Shown piece after piece: positions 35,549 through 45,842 of a DNA stretch of 64,000 nucleotides (position 1 is its first letter; each line of letters starts with the position of its first letter). The stretch comes from a virus. The notes beneath the pieces were generated by a model. That model was not told where the DNA came from. It did not search any database and was given only the letters and a program-made list of their open reading frames with translations. The stretch spans positions 1 to 64,000 of IMG/VR virus record IMGVR_UViG_3300037504_000674. One strand, 5' to 3'. The translations under genes were made by a program, and so were the position numbers.

Positions 35549-37300
35549 ATGCCATATAAAAGAATAACAGAGCTACCAAAAGATATACAAGATAATCTAC
35601 CAAAACGTGCCCAAGAGGTCTTCCTGAGCGCTCTCAACAACTCGATCGAGAATGGCGACCTTGAAGAAACTGCATTCAAAAAGGCATGGGCTGCCGTCAA
35701 GCGCGGCTATGAGAAAAAGGGCGACGAGTGGGTGAAAATGCAAGACGAGACAACTTTCCTAATCCCGTTTGGTGAAGAGGATGACGATGGGTATCGTTTA
35801 TACTTCCCGATCGCAACAGTTTACCACCATGGGAGAAAGGTGGATTTCACGCACGATCGTGCCAAGCAAATGGTTGCTAACTTCCGAAACGACGTACCTT
35901 CATATAAAAAACCAATCAGCGTACTACACGACGATAGCCATGGCATTTTCGGCTACATAGATGATATGAAGCTGTCCGACAAGGGAGTAATGTGGAGACC
36001 AAGCTGGCGAGACGGCAAATTCGATGAAGTAAAAGAAAAAGGCTATCGCTATATGTCGCCAGAGGTGTGGTTCGACGGTTATCAGGAAACATACACTGGT
36101 GACACATATGATAACGTTGCCCTTGCAGCAAGCATGGTAGCCAGGCCGCGACTTGGAGCAAGTACGCTGGTGTTTTCTGACGATAGCGGATGGGGGAAGT
36201 ACATGGAAGACGATGTTGTCAGAGGTGTGCTGAACAGGCTTGACACGATACGCGACCTGCTTGGCAGAGACAATATCAACGAAGACACAAAAAAAGAGGT
36301 CGTCGGGTTGCTAGAGTCAAGCATGGACGCAGTGAGAAAGATGATGAAATCTGACGATCTCGACGACGATCAGGGGTGGCTACGCTCGGTCATCACTGGG
36401 CTATTCAGGGACCTAGATAAGCTACGTGAGCAGCAAAAAGAGCGCTCGGAAAAATACGGGATTGCTACACAAGAAAACGGCCATCTCACCAAGCCGAAGG
36501 AATGGGAGGATGTCCCGGAATCTCAATGGGCAGACCCGGTCAACTGGAAATATCCTGTTCATGATGAGAAGCGTGTGCGAGCGGCGGCGTCATATTTTGC
36601 ACGCTACAAAGACGAATATGACCCAGAGTCTCGTGAAGTAGTAGCTGAAAGAATTCGTAAGGCGAAGGAAAAATTTGGAGTAGGTCAGGAGGAAGATATG
36701 TCGGAAAACGTAGTGCAGGAGGATACTGTAAAGCGTGGCCTCGCAGCTTTTTTTGCGCAATTCAGCAATAATGACGAAGAAGGGGAGACGGAGGAGCAAG
36801 ACTTTTCTGAGGAATTGCAAGAGAAAAATGCTCAGATCGCCAAGATGCAAGAAGAGCAGGAAGAACTCGAAGCGAGGTTAAGGAAGTTCGAGGAGGCCAA
36901 GAAGGAAGCGGAGCGCATGGCATTCGAGGAGCGTCAAGCCAAGCGGCGCATGGAGTTCGCAGATCAGGTAAAGCAGCTTGCGGGCGTGCAAGAGGATTTT
37001 GCAGATCATCTAATGTGGCTTGAGGACGCAGATGACACTGATGACCAGGGGCACTACAGTGCAATTCTTGACGCTATCAAGGCACTGGGCAACCAGCAGG
37101 AAAACGCGAACCTATTCTCGGAGGCTGGCAGCGATGTAAGTGGCACTATGTCCGCAGAGGACAAGTTCCAGGCCGTCGTAGACGAGAAGGTTGAACAGGG
37201 AATGGATTACGGGGAAGCTGTAACAGCGGCGGCCCGCGAGAACCCAGAACTCTACAGAAAGTATGACGCGGCTGTAACTCAGACCGCAAGTGAGGAATAA
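35549..37300 (+). CDS. Prohead protease/scaffold with N-terminal ChaB domain
   Basis: ChaB motif MPY...LP...LP..AQ...AWAAVK..YEK; Mu gpI-like H and YRY.SPE; ADPVNWKYP domain; acidic coiled coil. Confidence 0.8.
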   Translation: MPYKRITELPKDIQDNLPKRAQEVFLSALNNSIENGDLEETAFKKAWAAVKRGYEKKGDEWVKMQDETTFLIPFGEEDDDGYRLYFPIATVYHHGRKVDFTHDRAKQMVANFRNDVPSYKKPISVLHDDSHGIFGYIDDMKLSDKGVMWRPSWRDGKFDEVKEKGYRYMSPEVWFDGYQETYTGDTYDNVALAASMVARPRLGASTLVFSDDSGWGKYMEDDVVRGVLNRLDTIRDLLGRDNINEDTKKEVVGLLESSMDAVRKMMKSDDLDDDQGWLRSVITGLFRDLDKLREQQKERSEKYGIATQENGHLTKPKEWEDVPESQWADPVNWKYPVHDEKRVRAAASYFARYKDEYDPESREVVAERIRKAKEKFGVGQEEDMSENVVQEDTVKRGLAAFFAQFSNNDEEGETEEQDFSEELQEKNAQIAKMQEEQEELEARLRKFEEAKKEAERMAFEERQAKRRMEFADQVKQLAGVQEDFADHLMWLEDADDTDDQGHYSAILDAIKALGNQQENANLFSEAGSDVSGTMSAEDKFQAVVDEKVEQGMDYGEAVTAAARENPELYRKYDAAVTQTASEE

Positions 37301-37302
37301 CA

Positions 37303-37689
37303 ATGGCTAAGCAATACGAGGGATTTGACGTACCATTCACAGCCAAGGATGATATGAGCAGCAAGCAATACTACTTCGTCCAAGTGGACGGCACCACAGA
37401 TGATCAAGTAGACGTTTGCTCTGCCATCACAGACGTTATCCTTGGTATCACGCAAACTACCGGGACAACCGGCGCTGGCGTATCCGTTCGCGTCACTGGC
37501 CACAGCCAGCTTACGATGGGCGAGTCAGTGAATGCGGGTAGCTTGATCGGCACTGACACTTCTGGTCGCGGCGTTGCGATAACGGCGGGATCGGACACTA
37601 CTCAGTACGTGGCTGCACGCTGTGTAAAGGGCGCGGACACCAACGAGTTGGGCGAAGTTGTGCTAACACTCGGCGGGCGCGCCGCTTAA
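37303..37689 (+). CDS. Capsid decoration/cement protein (DUF2190-like)
   Basis: Size, Gly/Thr-rich composition, position before MCP. Confidence 0.65.
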   Translation: MAKQYEGFDVPFTAKDDMSSKQYYFVQVDGTTDDQVDVCSAITDVILGITQTTGTTGAGVSVRVTGHSQLTMGESVNAGSLIGTDTSGRGVAITAGSDTTQYVAARCVKGADTNELGEVVLTLGGRAA

Positions 37690-37704
37690 TGAGGAGAGAT
37701 AAAC

Positions 37705-38673
37705 ATGCCTAAGATTTTACCTAGCGCAAGAGACGTACATGTCAACAAGATGCTCACCAACGTATTGGTGGGCTACACCAACCAAGAATTCATCGCCGAC
37801 GATATCTTCCCCGTCGTAATCGTCAATAAGCAGGCGGATGTCGTTCCTGCGGTGAAACAGAGCCACTTTTTCCGCAACGAAGCCGGCACGCCTCTTGGTG
37901 AGTCGGACACAGCGGCTGACGTTGGTTACGATGTTGATACCAGCGACACGTATCACTGCCTACGCTACGGTACGCGCCACTTTATCAGCGACGACCGCCG
38001 CATCAACGAAGACAGCCCGTTTGACAGCGACCGCGACGCAACGATGCTGGTCACCAACCAACTACGCCTACAACGCGAGGCGAGTTTTACATCCGACTTC
38101 TGGGCAACCAGCAAGTGGACAACGGACGTAACCGGCGGAACAACCGTGGACCAGTGGAGCGACTACGGAAGCTCGGCACCAATAGAGAATGTGCGCACGT
38201 ATAAGCGCACCGTGCGCCGGCTCATTGGGCGCGATCCAAACCGCATGGTTCTGGGCGACTTGACATACGATCGGCTGGTAGACCACCCGGATGTACTTGA
38301 GCGCATTGCTGTAACGACAACCGGCATCGCCAACGAGGACTTGCTTGGCGCGCTGTTCGGTCTGGACATGCTGCTGGTCGGACGCACGATTTACACAACG
38401 GACGCCGAGGGTACATCAGAGTCTTCGGTTTCATACTCGGCTCACTGGGATGACGACGCACTGCTGTACTACGCACCATCACAGCCATCATTGTGGACGC
38501 CGAGTGCGGGGTACACATTTGTATGGAATGTTGGTATGGGCAACAACATGGAGTGGGTCCGCAAGTACCGCCAAGAAGAGAAGCTCGGAGAGTACATCGA
38601 GGTTCGCTCGTACTACGACCAGAAGCAAATTGACGCCGACGCCGGGGTTTTCTTCTCGGATATCGTAGACTAG
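37705..38673 (+). CDS. Major capsid protein
   Basis: LTN...GY.N..FIAD.IFP.V, PN.MVLG, P..GYT; position. Confidence 0.85.
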   Translation: MPKILPSARDVHVNKMLTNVLVGYTNQEFIADDIFPVVIVNKQADVVPAVKQSHFFRNEAGTPLGESDTAADVGYDVDTSDTYHCLRYGTRHFISDDRRINEDSPFDSDRDATMLVTNQLRLQREASFTSDFWATSKWTTDVTGGTTVDQWSDYGSSAPIENVRTYKRTVRRLIGRDPNRMVLGDLTYDRLVDHPDVLERIAVTTTGIANEDLLGALFGLDMLLVGRTIYTTDAEGTSESSVSYSAHWDDDALLYYAPSQPSLWTPSAGYTFVWNVGMGNNMEWVRKYRQEEKLGEYIEVRSYYDQKQIDADAGVFFSDIVD

Positions 38674-38681
38674 GGGATATC

Positions 38682-38957
38682 ATGGGAGCACACACCGGGA
38701 AATACGTAGTTGCCAGAAAGAGCTTTGGATATGCTGGCAGACACCGGGATATCGGTGAGGTGTTTAAGCTGAAAGGGATGCGCAACGACGACAAGATATG
38801 GGGCCTCGAAGTGAGCGGAAAGCCAAAGATGGCTCGTTATACGAGGCCGTTCAGAAAGGACCCCGGAGGATTGCCGAGGTGCGCCGAGTGCGGTGCATTC
38901 TTTATTAACCACACTGCCCTTTCGGCACATGGTAACAAAAGACACCAAGGAGATTAA
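38682..38957 (+). CDS. Small basic protein with C2H2 zinc finger
   Basis: CAECGAFF......H...H. Confidence 0.6.
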   Translation: MGAHTGKYVVARKSFGYAGRHRDIGEVFKLKGMRNDDKIWGLEVSGKPKMARYTRPFRKDPGGLPRCAECGAFFINHTALSAHGNKRHQGD

Positions 38958-38959
38958 GC

Positions 38960-39370
38960 ATGCCAAAGAAACAAAAAGGCAGAGTATGGCAGACGGGTGT
39001 CGTGTCTCCGGGGCCTACTTCTTCTTATCAACTCAACGTATCAAAGGCAACGCTAGATTACGGCGATACAACTTCAACCGATCTGTTCGTCATTCCCGCT
39101 AACGCAAACATAGCGCTGATTAACACAGACGTTGTGACGGCATTTAATGATAGCGGAACTGACGTAGTATACATCGGCAAAAGTGGGGCGACCACGCACT
39201 TCGTAAGCGCGCTGTCCGTAACAGCTACCGGCCAAACAGTCACCGGGTACTCAAATCTCGGAGACGTTGGGAGTTCTGATATTACGGTAGTCGGTCGCTA
39301 CATCGGGCAAAACAGCGATGCCACAGCAGGCTCAGCAGACGTGTACATTCAATGGTACCAAGATAAATAG
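38960..39370 (+). CDS. Ser/Thr-rich beta-sandwich virion protein
   Basis: IP.NA, V.TAFN, ATAG motifs; position. Confidence 0.55.
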   Translation: MPKKQKGRVWQTGVVSPGPTSSYQLNVSKATLDYGDTTSTDLFVIPANANIALINTDVVTAFNDSGTDVVYIGKSGATTHFVSALSVTATGQTVTGYSNLGDVGSSDITVVGRYIGQNSDATAGSADVYIQWYQDK

Positions 39371-39391
39371 CACTTAGCGTGCACAAAGATT

Positions 39392-39428
39392 AAACCCCCT
39401 GACCCCGCTAGGGAGCGGGGGGTTTTCT
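39392..39428 (+). terminator. Intrinsic terminator after the head genes
   Basis: CCCCGCT-AGGG-AGCGGGG followed by GGTTTTCT. Confidence 0.55.
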
Positions 39429-39462
39429 CAACCTATAGGAATATCAGCCCACAGGAGAGAAT

Positions 39463-40167
39463 ATGTCTGACATTATGCTTGCCACATGCCGCGAGAGAAT
39501 TGCGTATTGGGAACACGTGGACTCAGTCAATTTGGCTCGCAGCTACCTAGCGCAGCATGGGCATCGCGTTGGTCAAGCGTACACCAGCCCAACTTACATA
39601 CGCCAGGGCCGCCAGGATTTAGCAGAGGCGTTCCTTGCGTCGGACGCGGAGTACATTTGCTACATCGACTCTGACAATGTGTTGCACCCCGCCACGGTTT
39701 ACCGACTACTTCAGAATGATCTACCAATTGTCAGCGCGCTCTACTTTAAGCGCAAGGGCGGGCCAGAAGCAGTAGCATTTAACTGGGCAGACGACAATAG
39801 AGTAGCAACATATTCTGAGTCGAAGGCGATCAGTGAATGGCTAATTGAGCACGATGTGCAGCCGAGCACCCAAGAGCGCTGCCTTGAGTTAGACAATAGC
39901 TTGATGAAAGTTGACGTTGTCGGGTTTGGGTGCTGCCTAATCCGCAGGGATGTCATGGAGGCGCTATCAGATTCTCACAAAGATTTATTTGGCAATCACA
40001 CGCATAACATCGGAGAGGATGTTTATTTTTGCAGAATAGCACAAGATGCAGGCTTCCCGATATACGTTGATCTGAATTTGCATATTGGTCATATAAAGCA
40101 CTACTCAGTCTCAAGCGCGGATTTCCTGCATGTTAAGGAGTGGATTTTGGATAATGAGCAATCGTAG
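39463..40167 (+). CDS. GT-A fold glycosyltransferase
   Basis: YIDSD, VSALY, GFGCCLIRR, GEDVYFC, GH. Confidence 0.85.
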   Translation: MSDIMLATCRERIAYWEHVDSVNLARSYLAQHGHRVGQAYTSPTYIRQGRQDLAEAFLASDAEYICYIDSDNVLHPATVYRLLQNDLPIVSALYFKRKGGPEAVAFNWADDNRVATYSESKAISEWLIEHDVQPSTQERCLELDNSLMKVDVVGFGCCLIRRDVMEALSDSHKDLFGNHTHNIGEDVYFCRIAQDAGFPIYVDLNLHIGHIKHYSVSSADFLHVKEWILDNEQS

Positions 40168-40498
40168 AGTATCTGGGAAAATATCTAATATCACAACTGG
40201 AACAGTGAATTCATCTGGCGACAATGTAATACTGCCAGCGCCAGGGTCAGGATCGCGCTACGTGATTCGATCCTTCGTAATTCAAGACGAATCGGCCACC
40301 CCGGCTGTGCTGAGGTTAGTAGATGGGTCCAACGGTAAAGGGTGGCGGTACCTAGCGCAAAACCAGGGCGATCATTTGGCAATGACATTTAGCCCAGACT
40401 CGGAATGGATAATCACAGATAACGCTCAAGTGAAGCTAAATCTATCAACTTCCGAATCCTGCGGTTACACACTGCACTATTACGAAGAGCTCACCTAA
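40154..40498 (+). CDS. Small beta-rich virion-module protein
   Basis: Composition and position. Confidence 0.5.
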   Translation: MSNRRVSGKISNITTGTVNSSGDNVILPAPGSGSRYVIRSFVIQDESATPAVLRLVDGSNGKGWRYLAQNQGDHLAMTFSPDSEWIITDNAQVKLNLSTSESCGYTLHYYEELT

Positions 40499-41514
40499 TG
40501 CTATTAACGCAATACGATGATCAGAACACCACAATAACGCTTACTAGCTCCGGCGCTGACCAGCAATTAGCGCAGGGATTCCAATTCAAGCGCGACGCTA
40601 ATATAGGCCGCGTGTATCTGCATTTGTCAGTTACCGGCACTCCCGGCGGGTACTTACAAATAGAAATACAATCAGATGATAGCGGAGTCCCGTCGGGCAC
40701 AGCAATCGACGCGGGGGCATCAGAGCCTATACTGGTCAGCGAGGCAGAATCGGGCACCCTAAACGCCTTTCACTTTGACCTAGACGACCGCCCCGCCGGG
40801 AGTGCTAATACGCAATACCATATTGTCCTAAAATCTGGCGCGGGTTACACCCAGGACGCCAGTAATTACGTTGCGATTGGTGGCGATCAAACCACACCTC
40901 ACTACACACGCGGCGCCGGTAGCACTTACGACGGAGCAGACTGGACCACCATAGCCACCGACACCGATTTCACATTTTCTATGTACAGCGGCACTAACCG
41001 TGAAGTGTACTCAGTTATCCGCGAGGTAGAAGCGCTCACCAGGCACCTAACAAATGCCGGGAAGTATGACTCAACAACTGTTCCCACATCGGCCAACGTC
41101 ATGGACTTCGAAGAATCTGTGTCAGCCATGATAGACGGATGGTTAAAGGGCGCCGGAGTGCAGACCCCAATCACATCTTCGGATTCGCAAAAAATTCTCC
41201 GCAATTACGCAAACTACTGCGTGGCGCTGAATTGCGAAATGACGCAGCGAACGGCTGGCTTCAGGTCTCAGGAAAGCGATACCAGAGCAGCCGCGTTTAG
41301 AAATATGTGCTATGACCTCAAGAGAGATACTGAAAAAAATGGCCCGATAACCAAGACCATCAAGGGGTCCGATCCAAGCTCGTCGGCTGGCTTAACGTGC
41401 GGCATGATAGATGTAACCGAACGAGAAAACCGCCAAGACGACGACACTATTATTCAGCCTAGATTCGAGGTTGGGATGTTCGACAACTTAGGAGAAAGCC
41501 TCAAAGATGACTAA
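40498..41514 (+). CDS. Head-tail adaptor with N-terminal beta-sandwich extension
   Basis: LAQGF...TQYHIVL sandwich; C-terminal SAMIDGWL...P Mu gp36-like helical domain. Confidence 0.55.
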   Translation: MLLTQYDDQNTTITLTSSGADQQLAQGFQFKRDANIGRVYLHLSVTGTPGGYLQIEIQSDDSGVPSGTAIDAGASEPILVSEAESGTLNAFHFDLDDRPAGSANTQYHIVLKSGAGYTQDASNYVAIGGDQTTPHYTRGAGSTYDGADWTTIATDTDFTFSMYSGTNREVYSVIREVEALTRHLTNAGKYDSTTVPTSANVMDFEESVSAMIDGWLKGAGVQTPITSSDSQKILRNYANYCVALNCEMTQRTAGFRSQESDTRAAAFRNMCYDLKRDTEKNGPITKTIKGSDPSSSAGLTCGMIDVTERENRQDDDTIIQPRFEVGMFDNLGESLKDD

Positions 41515-42058
41515 GCTAAAATACAAGCTACGCATCAACAAAAACTCCGTGTTCGGCAATAAGGTGTACAACACAATTGTCGCCATGGAGCAGGGGATGA
41601 ACGAGCTAGGCAAGAAGATGGTTGCCACAGAGCGCAAGATACTAAACAGAATCCGCTATCGCGGCGACTTGCAGAAATCCGTGGGGCACAAAACATCGAC
41701 AGGGCTTGCGGTAGGCAAGAGTGCAGTCAGGACGGTTATGCGGCTTGAGGTTGGGCCAAACGTGCCGTCGGGGAGCGAGCCGGAGGGTAAGATATGGGGT
41801 GTGTGGAAAGGTGCGCGCGCCAGATGGGTCCCTCTACACAGACTTGAGGGATGGTTGGCAGTCAAGGGGCCAAGAGTTACAGCGAAATGGCTACAAAAAA
41901 GAATCGCCGGTGTAGTACCTGGGTACCAGGGAGGCACCAGCTTATATCAGCCAAACAAAGAATTCCCATTCCCGGAGGAAACATTGTGGATGTCAGCTGG
42001 CGATATGTACGCAACATCACATGAGCTGGCTAAGGATATATCCGCGATAATCAAATAA
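41507..42058 (+). CDS. Neck/tail completion protein (HK97 gp10-like)
   Basis: Basic, RGDLQKSV; position. Confidence 0.5.
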   Translation: MTKLKYKLRINKNSVFGNKVYNTIVAMEQGMNELGKKMVATERKILNRIRYRGDLQKSVGHKTSTGLAVGKSAVRTVMRLEVGPNVPSGSEPEGKIWGVWKGARARWVPLHRLEGWLAVKGPRVTAKWLQKRIAGVVPGYQGGTSLYQPNKEFPFPEETLWMSAGDMYATSHELAKDISAIIK

Positions 42059-42516
42059 TGCCATACACTGAAGACGATCTGATGGATGAGCTGCTTACAA
42101 TCATAAAAACATCCGACAACTACAATGATGACAATTCGTCAATCCAAGATTTCAAAATACTTGACCGTGGTATCACCCGCGCCGTAATACTGGAGGAGGG
42201 TACATTCAGAAGCGAGCGCGATGATACTGTGGTGTACATGAACGCTGGCTCAAATACCAGTTACAATTTCGGGCTAAGCGTATGCCGGAAATACGGCGAC
42301 GATTCAGATACACACGAGAACTTGAGGTCGGATGTCAGGGTAATACGCGAGCTAGTTGATAGCTACAACACCCTCAACGGGAAAGCGCAAAGCTGCAAAG
42401 TGGTACGCGGCGACAGCCCAGAATATCTATTTAGGGAAGATGGTACGGGGCCGTACTTCGCGCGAAGGGTATTAACGGTCGCCATATCAGTTTTGGAGAA
42501 TAGGGAGATTGCTTGA
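42058..42516 (+). CDS. Probable tail terminator
   Basis: Acidic ~150 aa; position. Confidence 0.5.
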   Translation: MPYTEDDLMDELLTIIKTSDNYNDDNSSIQDFKILDRGITRAVILEEGTFRSERDDTVVYMNAGSNTSYNFGLSVCRKYGDDSDTHENLRSDVRVIRELVDSYNTLNGKAQSCKVVRGDSPEYLFREDGTGPYFARRVLTVAISVLENREIA

Positions 42517-42770
42517 TGGTAGGCGTAGCTGCGCTCTCAATATGCTTAGTTATCATGGCTATGCCGATCCTTAGGAATGAATTTTATGCATGGTTGGTCA
42601 TGCTGATTATTATCAACGCGGCAGTTTTGGCACTCGATATAGATTTCATCCTGTTGATTAGCTGGCTATTATCTATTACAAAGCTCTTCTTGTGTCATCG
42701 GCGAGTAGCACTCTCAAACAGTCAATACGAGCAATATATTAGAGTTAAGGTCGGTCTTGAAAATGGATAA
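42513..42770 (+). CDS. Small multi-TM protein
   Basis: Hydrophobic helices. Confidence 0.45.
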   Translation: MMVGVAALSICLVIMAMPILRNEFYAWLVMLIIINAAVLALDIDFILLISWLLSITKLFLCHRRVALSNSQYEQYIRVKVGLENG

Positions 42771-43347
42771 AAACATAGAGTTATTCGAGAAAGTTCTTCA
42801 TGAAACACGCGAGCAAGCAAAACTGGAATCCGCCCGAATCTCTCTTGAGGAACGCAGGGTTAATCATGAGGAAAAGAGATTGGCGATTGAGGAAAGAAAC
42901 CATGCCCTGCTTAGCAAAATAAGCCACGATGTTGAATTGCTACTAGAGCTATATCACAATGATTTAGAACCGCAGATTACGACTGCATGCGGTAGAACGG
43001 ATATATTGGTTGAATTTATGAGGGTTCTCACGAATCGACTCTCAAACATTGGCGACCAAGAGGCTGACAGACTAGAGAGGCTACTGAGGGATTTGGCAGG
43101 TATGGAAGTAAATGTGCATGGTGGTACAATTAGAGATATCATCGAAACGCAAAATAACTACGAAACACAGATTCATAGCATAGAAAAAGCCATAGAGAAT
43201 GGTGACCCGGAAGCCGCCGAGTCGTTATTGAACACATTGCCCAAAGATGCAATTGATGTAGCCGTCGCGTCAATCGCTGGTCCGCTCAATGCCGCAAAGA
43301 TGATTGCCAAGAAAGTAGGAGATAAAATCGTTGTACGTAGAAAATAA
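42763..43347 (+). CDS. Coiled-coil hypothetical protein
   Basis: Charged heptads. Confidence 0.6.
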   Translation: MDKNIELFEKVLHETREQAKLESARISLEERRVNHEEKRLAIEERNHALLSKISHDVELLLELYHNDLEPQITTACGRTDILVEFMRVLTNRLSNIGDQEADRLERLLRDLAGMEVNVHGGTIRDIIETQNNYETQIHSIEKAIENGDPEAAESLLNTLPKDAIDVAVASIAGPLNAAKMIAKKVGDKIVVRRK

Positions 43348-44011
43348 CCACTGCGTAGTAATACCGGCATACAATGAAGAGAGCAGAATTGGCAACCTAA
43401 TCGACAGAGTGTCTTTTTTGCCTGTTGTGTCAGTAGTAGATGGTAACGACGGGACGGCAAATATCGCCCGATCCCTTGGGGCAACTGTTTTAGAGAGCGA
43501 CCACAAACGCGGATACGGCAAGGCTATGATCCATGGGCTCGTTTACGCATACACTCATGGGTATAACTTCGCTACCGTTATGGATGTGGGTACATGCGAC
43601 CCAAGCGATCTCATTCACCCAGAGATGTTCTTCTATGATGTATTCCTCAGAGAGAGAAAACCAAGCAGAATTGGCTTGCGCGAAGTGATTAGTAAAATAT
43701 CTGCGATTTGCTTTTCATGCGCTATGTGGTATAATGTAAGTGACTGTACATTCGGCTACCGAACGTACAATTTGCTTAGCATAACCCCGCTCATCAAGCA
43801 CATTCAAACAAATGGGCACAGCACGAACATGGAACTACTGGGGTTATGTATTAAGCACGGCTTGGCAATTGGCAAGACAAAGGTGCCGTATTACAACCCA
43901 GGCGCTGACACCCAATTGAAAGCTGCCGATTTTGTTGATGCTCTGCGTACACTCAATAGACTGAGGAGTTACGAAATTGAAACCTTCAATTGTAGACGTA
44001 GTTGTCGATAG
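43331..44011 (+). CDS. GT2 glycosyltransferase (DPM-synthase-like)
   Basis: VVIPAYNEE, VVDG.DGT, RGYGKA, D.TFGYR. Confidence 0.85.
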   Translation: MYVENNHCVVIPAYNEESRIGNLIDRVSFLPVVSVVDGNDGTANIARSLGATVLESDHKRGYGKAMIHGLVYAYTHGYNFATVMDVGTCDPSDLIHPEMFFYDVFLRERKPSRIGLREVISKISAICFSCAMWYNVSDCTFGYRTYNLLSITPLIKHIQTNGHSTNMELLGLCIKHGLAIGKTKVPYYNPGADTQLKAADFVDALRTLNRLRSYEIETFNCRRSCR

Positions 44012-44765
44012 CAAACTGCAATACTTCAAGAAAAGTTTCCAGTCCCTGATAAACCAAACATATACCGACTTTGAGCTTTTGCTGTGCGTAGGGTATCCTG
44101 GAACTCTAGTCAACGAGTACTTGGCGGGATTCGACGAACTGCCATTCAAGCTCAACATCATCCAAGAGCCGCCACGAGAGAGATACCCAGCGCGCGCTTC
44201 GGCAAACAACCTAGGCCTAAATGCTGCGACCGGCGATATTTACATTGGTACGCAGGATGATGTTATATTCCCCGATAACTGGGTGGAGCGCCATATCTGG
44301 TGGCACGAAACTCATGATGCACCGATATTCGTGTACAACCAAGTCACCGGCGCTATCGCCAGAACAGAGGAGGCTCAAAGCGAGGATGAATGGTGGCAAA
44401 AGAAGACCAACCCGCGCCACCTCCCCATTGCCTCCCGGTGGCAGTACGCCAGCGGCCACAGCTTCAGCATGACAATGTCAATTGCCAAAACCATCAAGCA
44501 TGACGAGAGGTATAATGGCAACTGGGGTTTTGAGGATATTGACTGGTCCTACCAGGCCTTTCTTGCTGGCTGCAAATTCTACATAGACACGGAGTGCAAG
44601 GTATTTCACCAAGACCACGGCGACAAAGCAATTGACCGCAGGCGCCGTGGAAAGGAGGAGTTTATGGATTGGCTAAGGCAACGCAGTCGTAATCGCAGGG
44701 TATTCGCCGACAAGTGGGGATTCGACCCAGAATACGGCATAGTTATGTTCGGGGGCGCGCAATGA
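43977..44765 (+). CDS. GT2/GT7C-type glycosyltransferase
   Basis: SL.NQTY..FE, N.GL..ATGD, QDD, WGFED. Confidence 0.88.
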   Translation: MKPSIVDVVVDSKLQYFKKSFQSLINQTYTDFELLLCVGYPGTLVNEYLAGFDELPFKLNIIQEPPRERYPARASANNLGLNAATGDIYIGTQDDVIFPDNWVERHIWWHETHDAPIFVYNQVTGAIARTEEAQSEDEWWQKKTNPRHLPIASRWQYASGHSFSMTMSIAKTIKHDERYNGNWGFEDIDWSYQAFLAGCKFYIDTECKVFHQDHGDKAIDRRRRGKEEFMDWLRQRSRNRRVFADKWGFDPEYGIVMFGGAQ

Positions 44766-45787
44766 GAATCGGGCTACTGTACCCAGCACAACCCACTAGT
44801 AACTTCGATGTAGCCAAGGGCTACGCTGCGGCATTTCGCAAACTAGGGCACCGCGTCAAAGAGATTGAGTATCACAAGCTATTCATGATGTGGAGCGAGT
44901 ATTACAGGTTCTTCGGATTGATACAAGGCGTAGAAGAATACTCATACACAGATGAGGACATCATTAAGAGCGCCAGCATCAATGCGATCATCAAGATTAT
45001 GGAAGACGCCCCAGATTTAGTTGTGGTTATTGATGGCACCAACTTTCACCCTGCTGGCTGGTTCTGGATAACAAAGCTACAGCAGCTCTCGAACACAAAA
45101 GTCGTGATAGTGGGAACAGAGAGTCCCTATCAAGACCGTGGCGTTGCATTGGTATCTCAGTATGCAGATGTGGCCTACACCAACGAGCGCACGTCGTCAG
45201 AGCGCACAGGTATCAAGTACCTCCCAACCGCTTATAGCCAATTAAAGCACTACCCAACCACAGTCCCCGACACACTGCGGCATGACGTGGTATTCATTGG
45301 GTCCGGCTTCCAAGAGCGCATAGAAATGCTATCCGGCGTCAACTGGGATGGCATTGACTTTGCTATGTGGGGCCATTATCCCATCGACCATGATCATCCA
45401 CTTGCCCCGTACTACAAGGGTGCTCAAATCCCCAACGAGCGCGCCGCTATTATGTATTCTGGGGCCAAGATAAGCCTCAACCTTAATCGCACGAGCGTTG
45501 ACTATGACGGCGAAATGCACATACCTGAGGCGGAGTCCATGAGCCCGCGAGCCTACGAGATACCAGCTTGTGGCGGATTCATGATATCTGAGTATCGCCC
45601 GGAAGTTCTGGATATATTCGGAGATATGGTCCCCGTATTCAGGACTAGCGAAGAGCTAGAACATCGGATTAGATATTGGCTAGACAGAGAAGAAGAACGC
45701 CGAGAACTAGCGGATCGCATGCGAACGTGCGTACATGGTCACTCTTACACAGATAGAGCAAAAGTGATATTGCAGGACATCGCCTAA
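44762..45787 (+). CDS. GT-B glycosyltransferase (CgeB/Glyco_trans_1_2-like)
   Basis: DVVFIGS, YSGAKISLN, SPRAYEIPACGGF, HSY..RA. Confidence 0.88.
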   Translation: MRIGLLYPAQPTSNFDVAKGYAAAFRKLGHRVKEIEYHKLFMMWSEYYRFFGLIQGVEEYSYTDEDIIKSASINAIIKIMEDAPDLVVVIDGTNFHPAGWFWITKLQQLSNTKVVIVGTESPYQDRGVALVSQYADVAYTNERTSSERTGIKYLPTAYSQLKHYPTTVPDTLRHDVVFIGSGFQERIEMLSGVNWDGIDFAMWGHYPIDHDHPLAPYYKGAQIPNERAAIMYSGAKISLNLNRTSVDYDGEMHIPEAESMSPRAYEIPACGGFMISEYRPEVLDIFGDMVPVFRTSEELEHRIRYWLDREEERRELADRMRTCVHGHSYTDRAKVILQDIA

Positions 45788-45802
45788 CAGGCACAGCGAC
45801 AA

Positions 45803-45842
45803 ACAAAAAAGCCCCCCTCTTAGCAAGGGGGGCTTTTGTTTT
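45803..45842. terminator. Bidirectional intrinsic terminator
   Basis: A-tract, GCCCCCC...GGGGGGC stem, T-tract. Confidence 0.75.

Noticed and set aside
42745-42779. TTAAGGTCG as a fifth late promoter
   Set aside because: One mismatch and no TANNNT at the 20-nt spacing.
39463-45787. Glycosyltransferases as DNA hypermodification enzymes
   Set aside because: No hydroxymethylase or TET/JBP gene is in the window and the genes sit in the structural module; disfavoured but not excluded.
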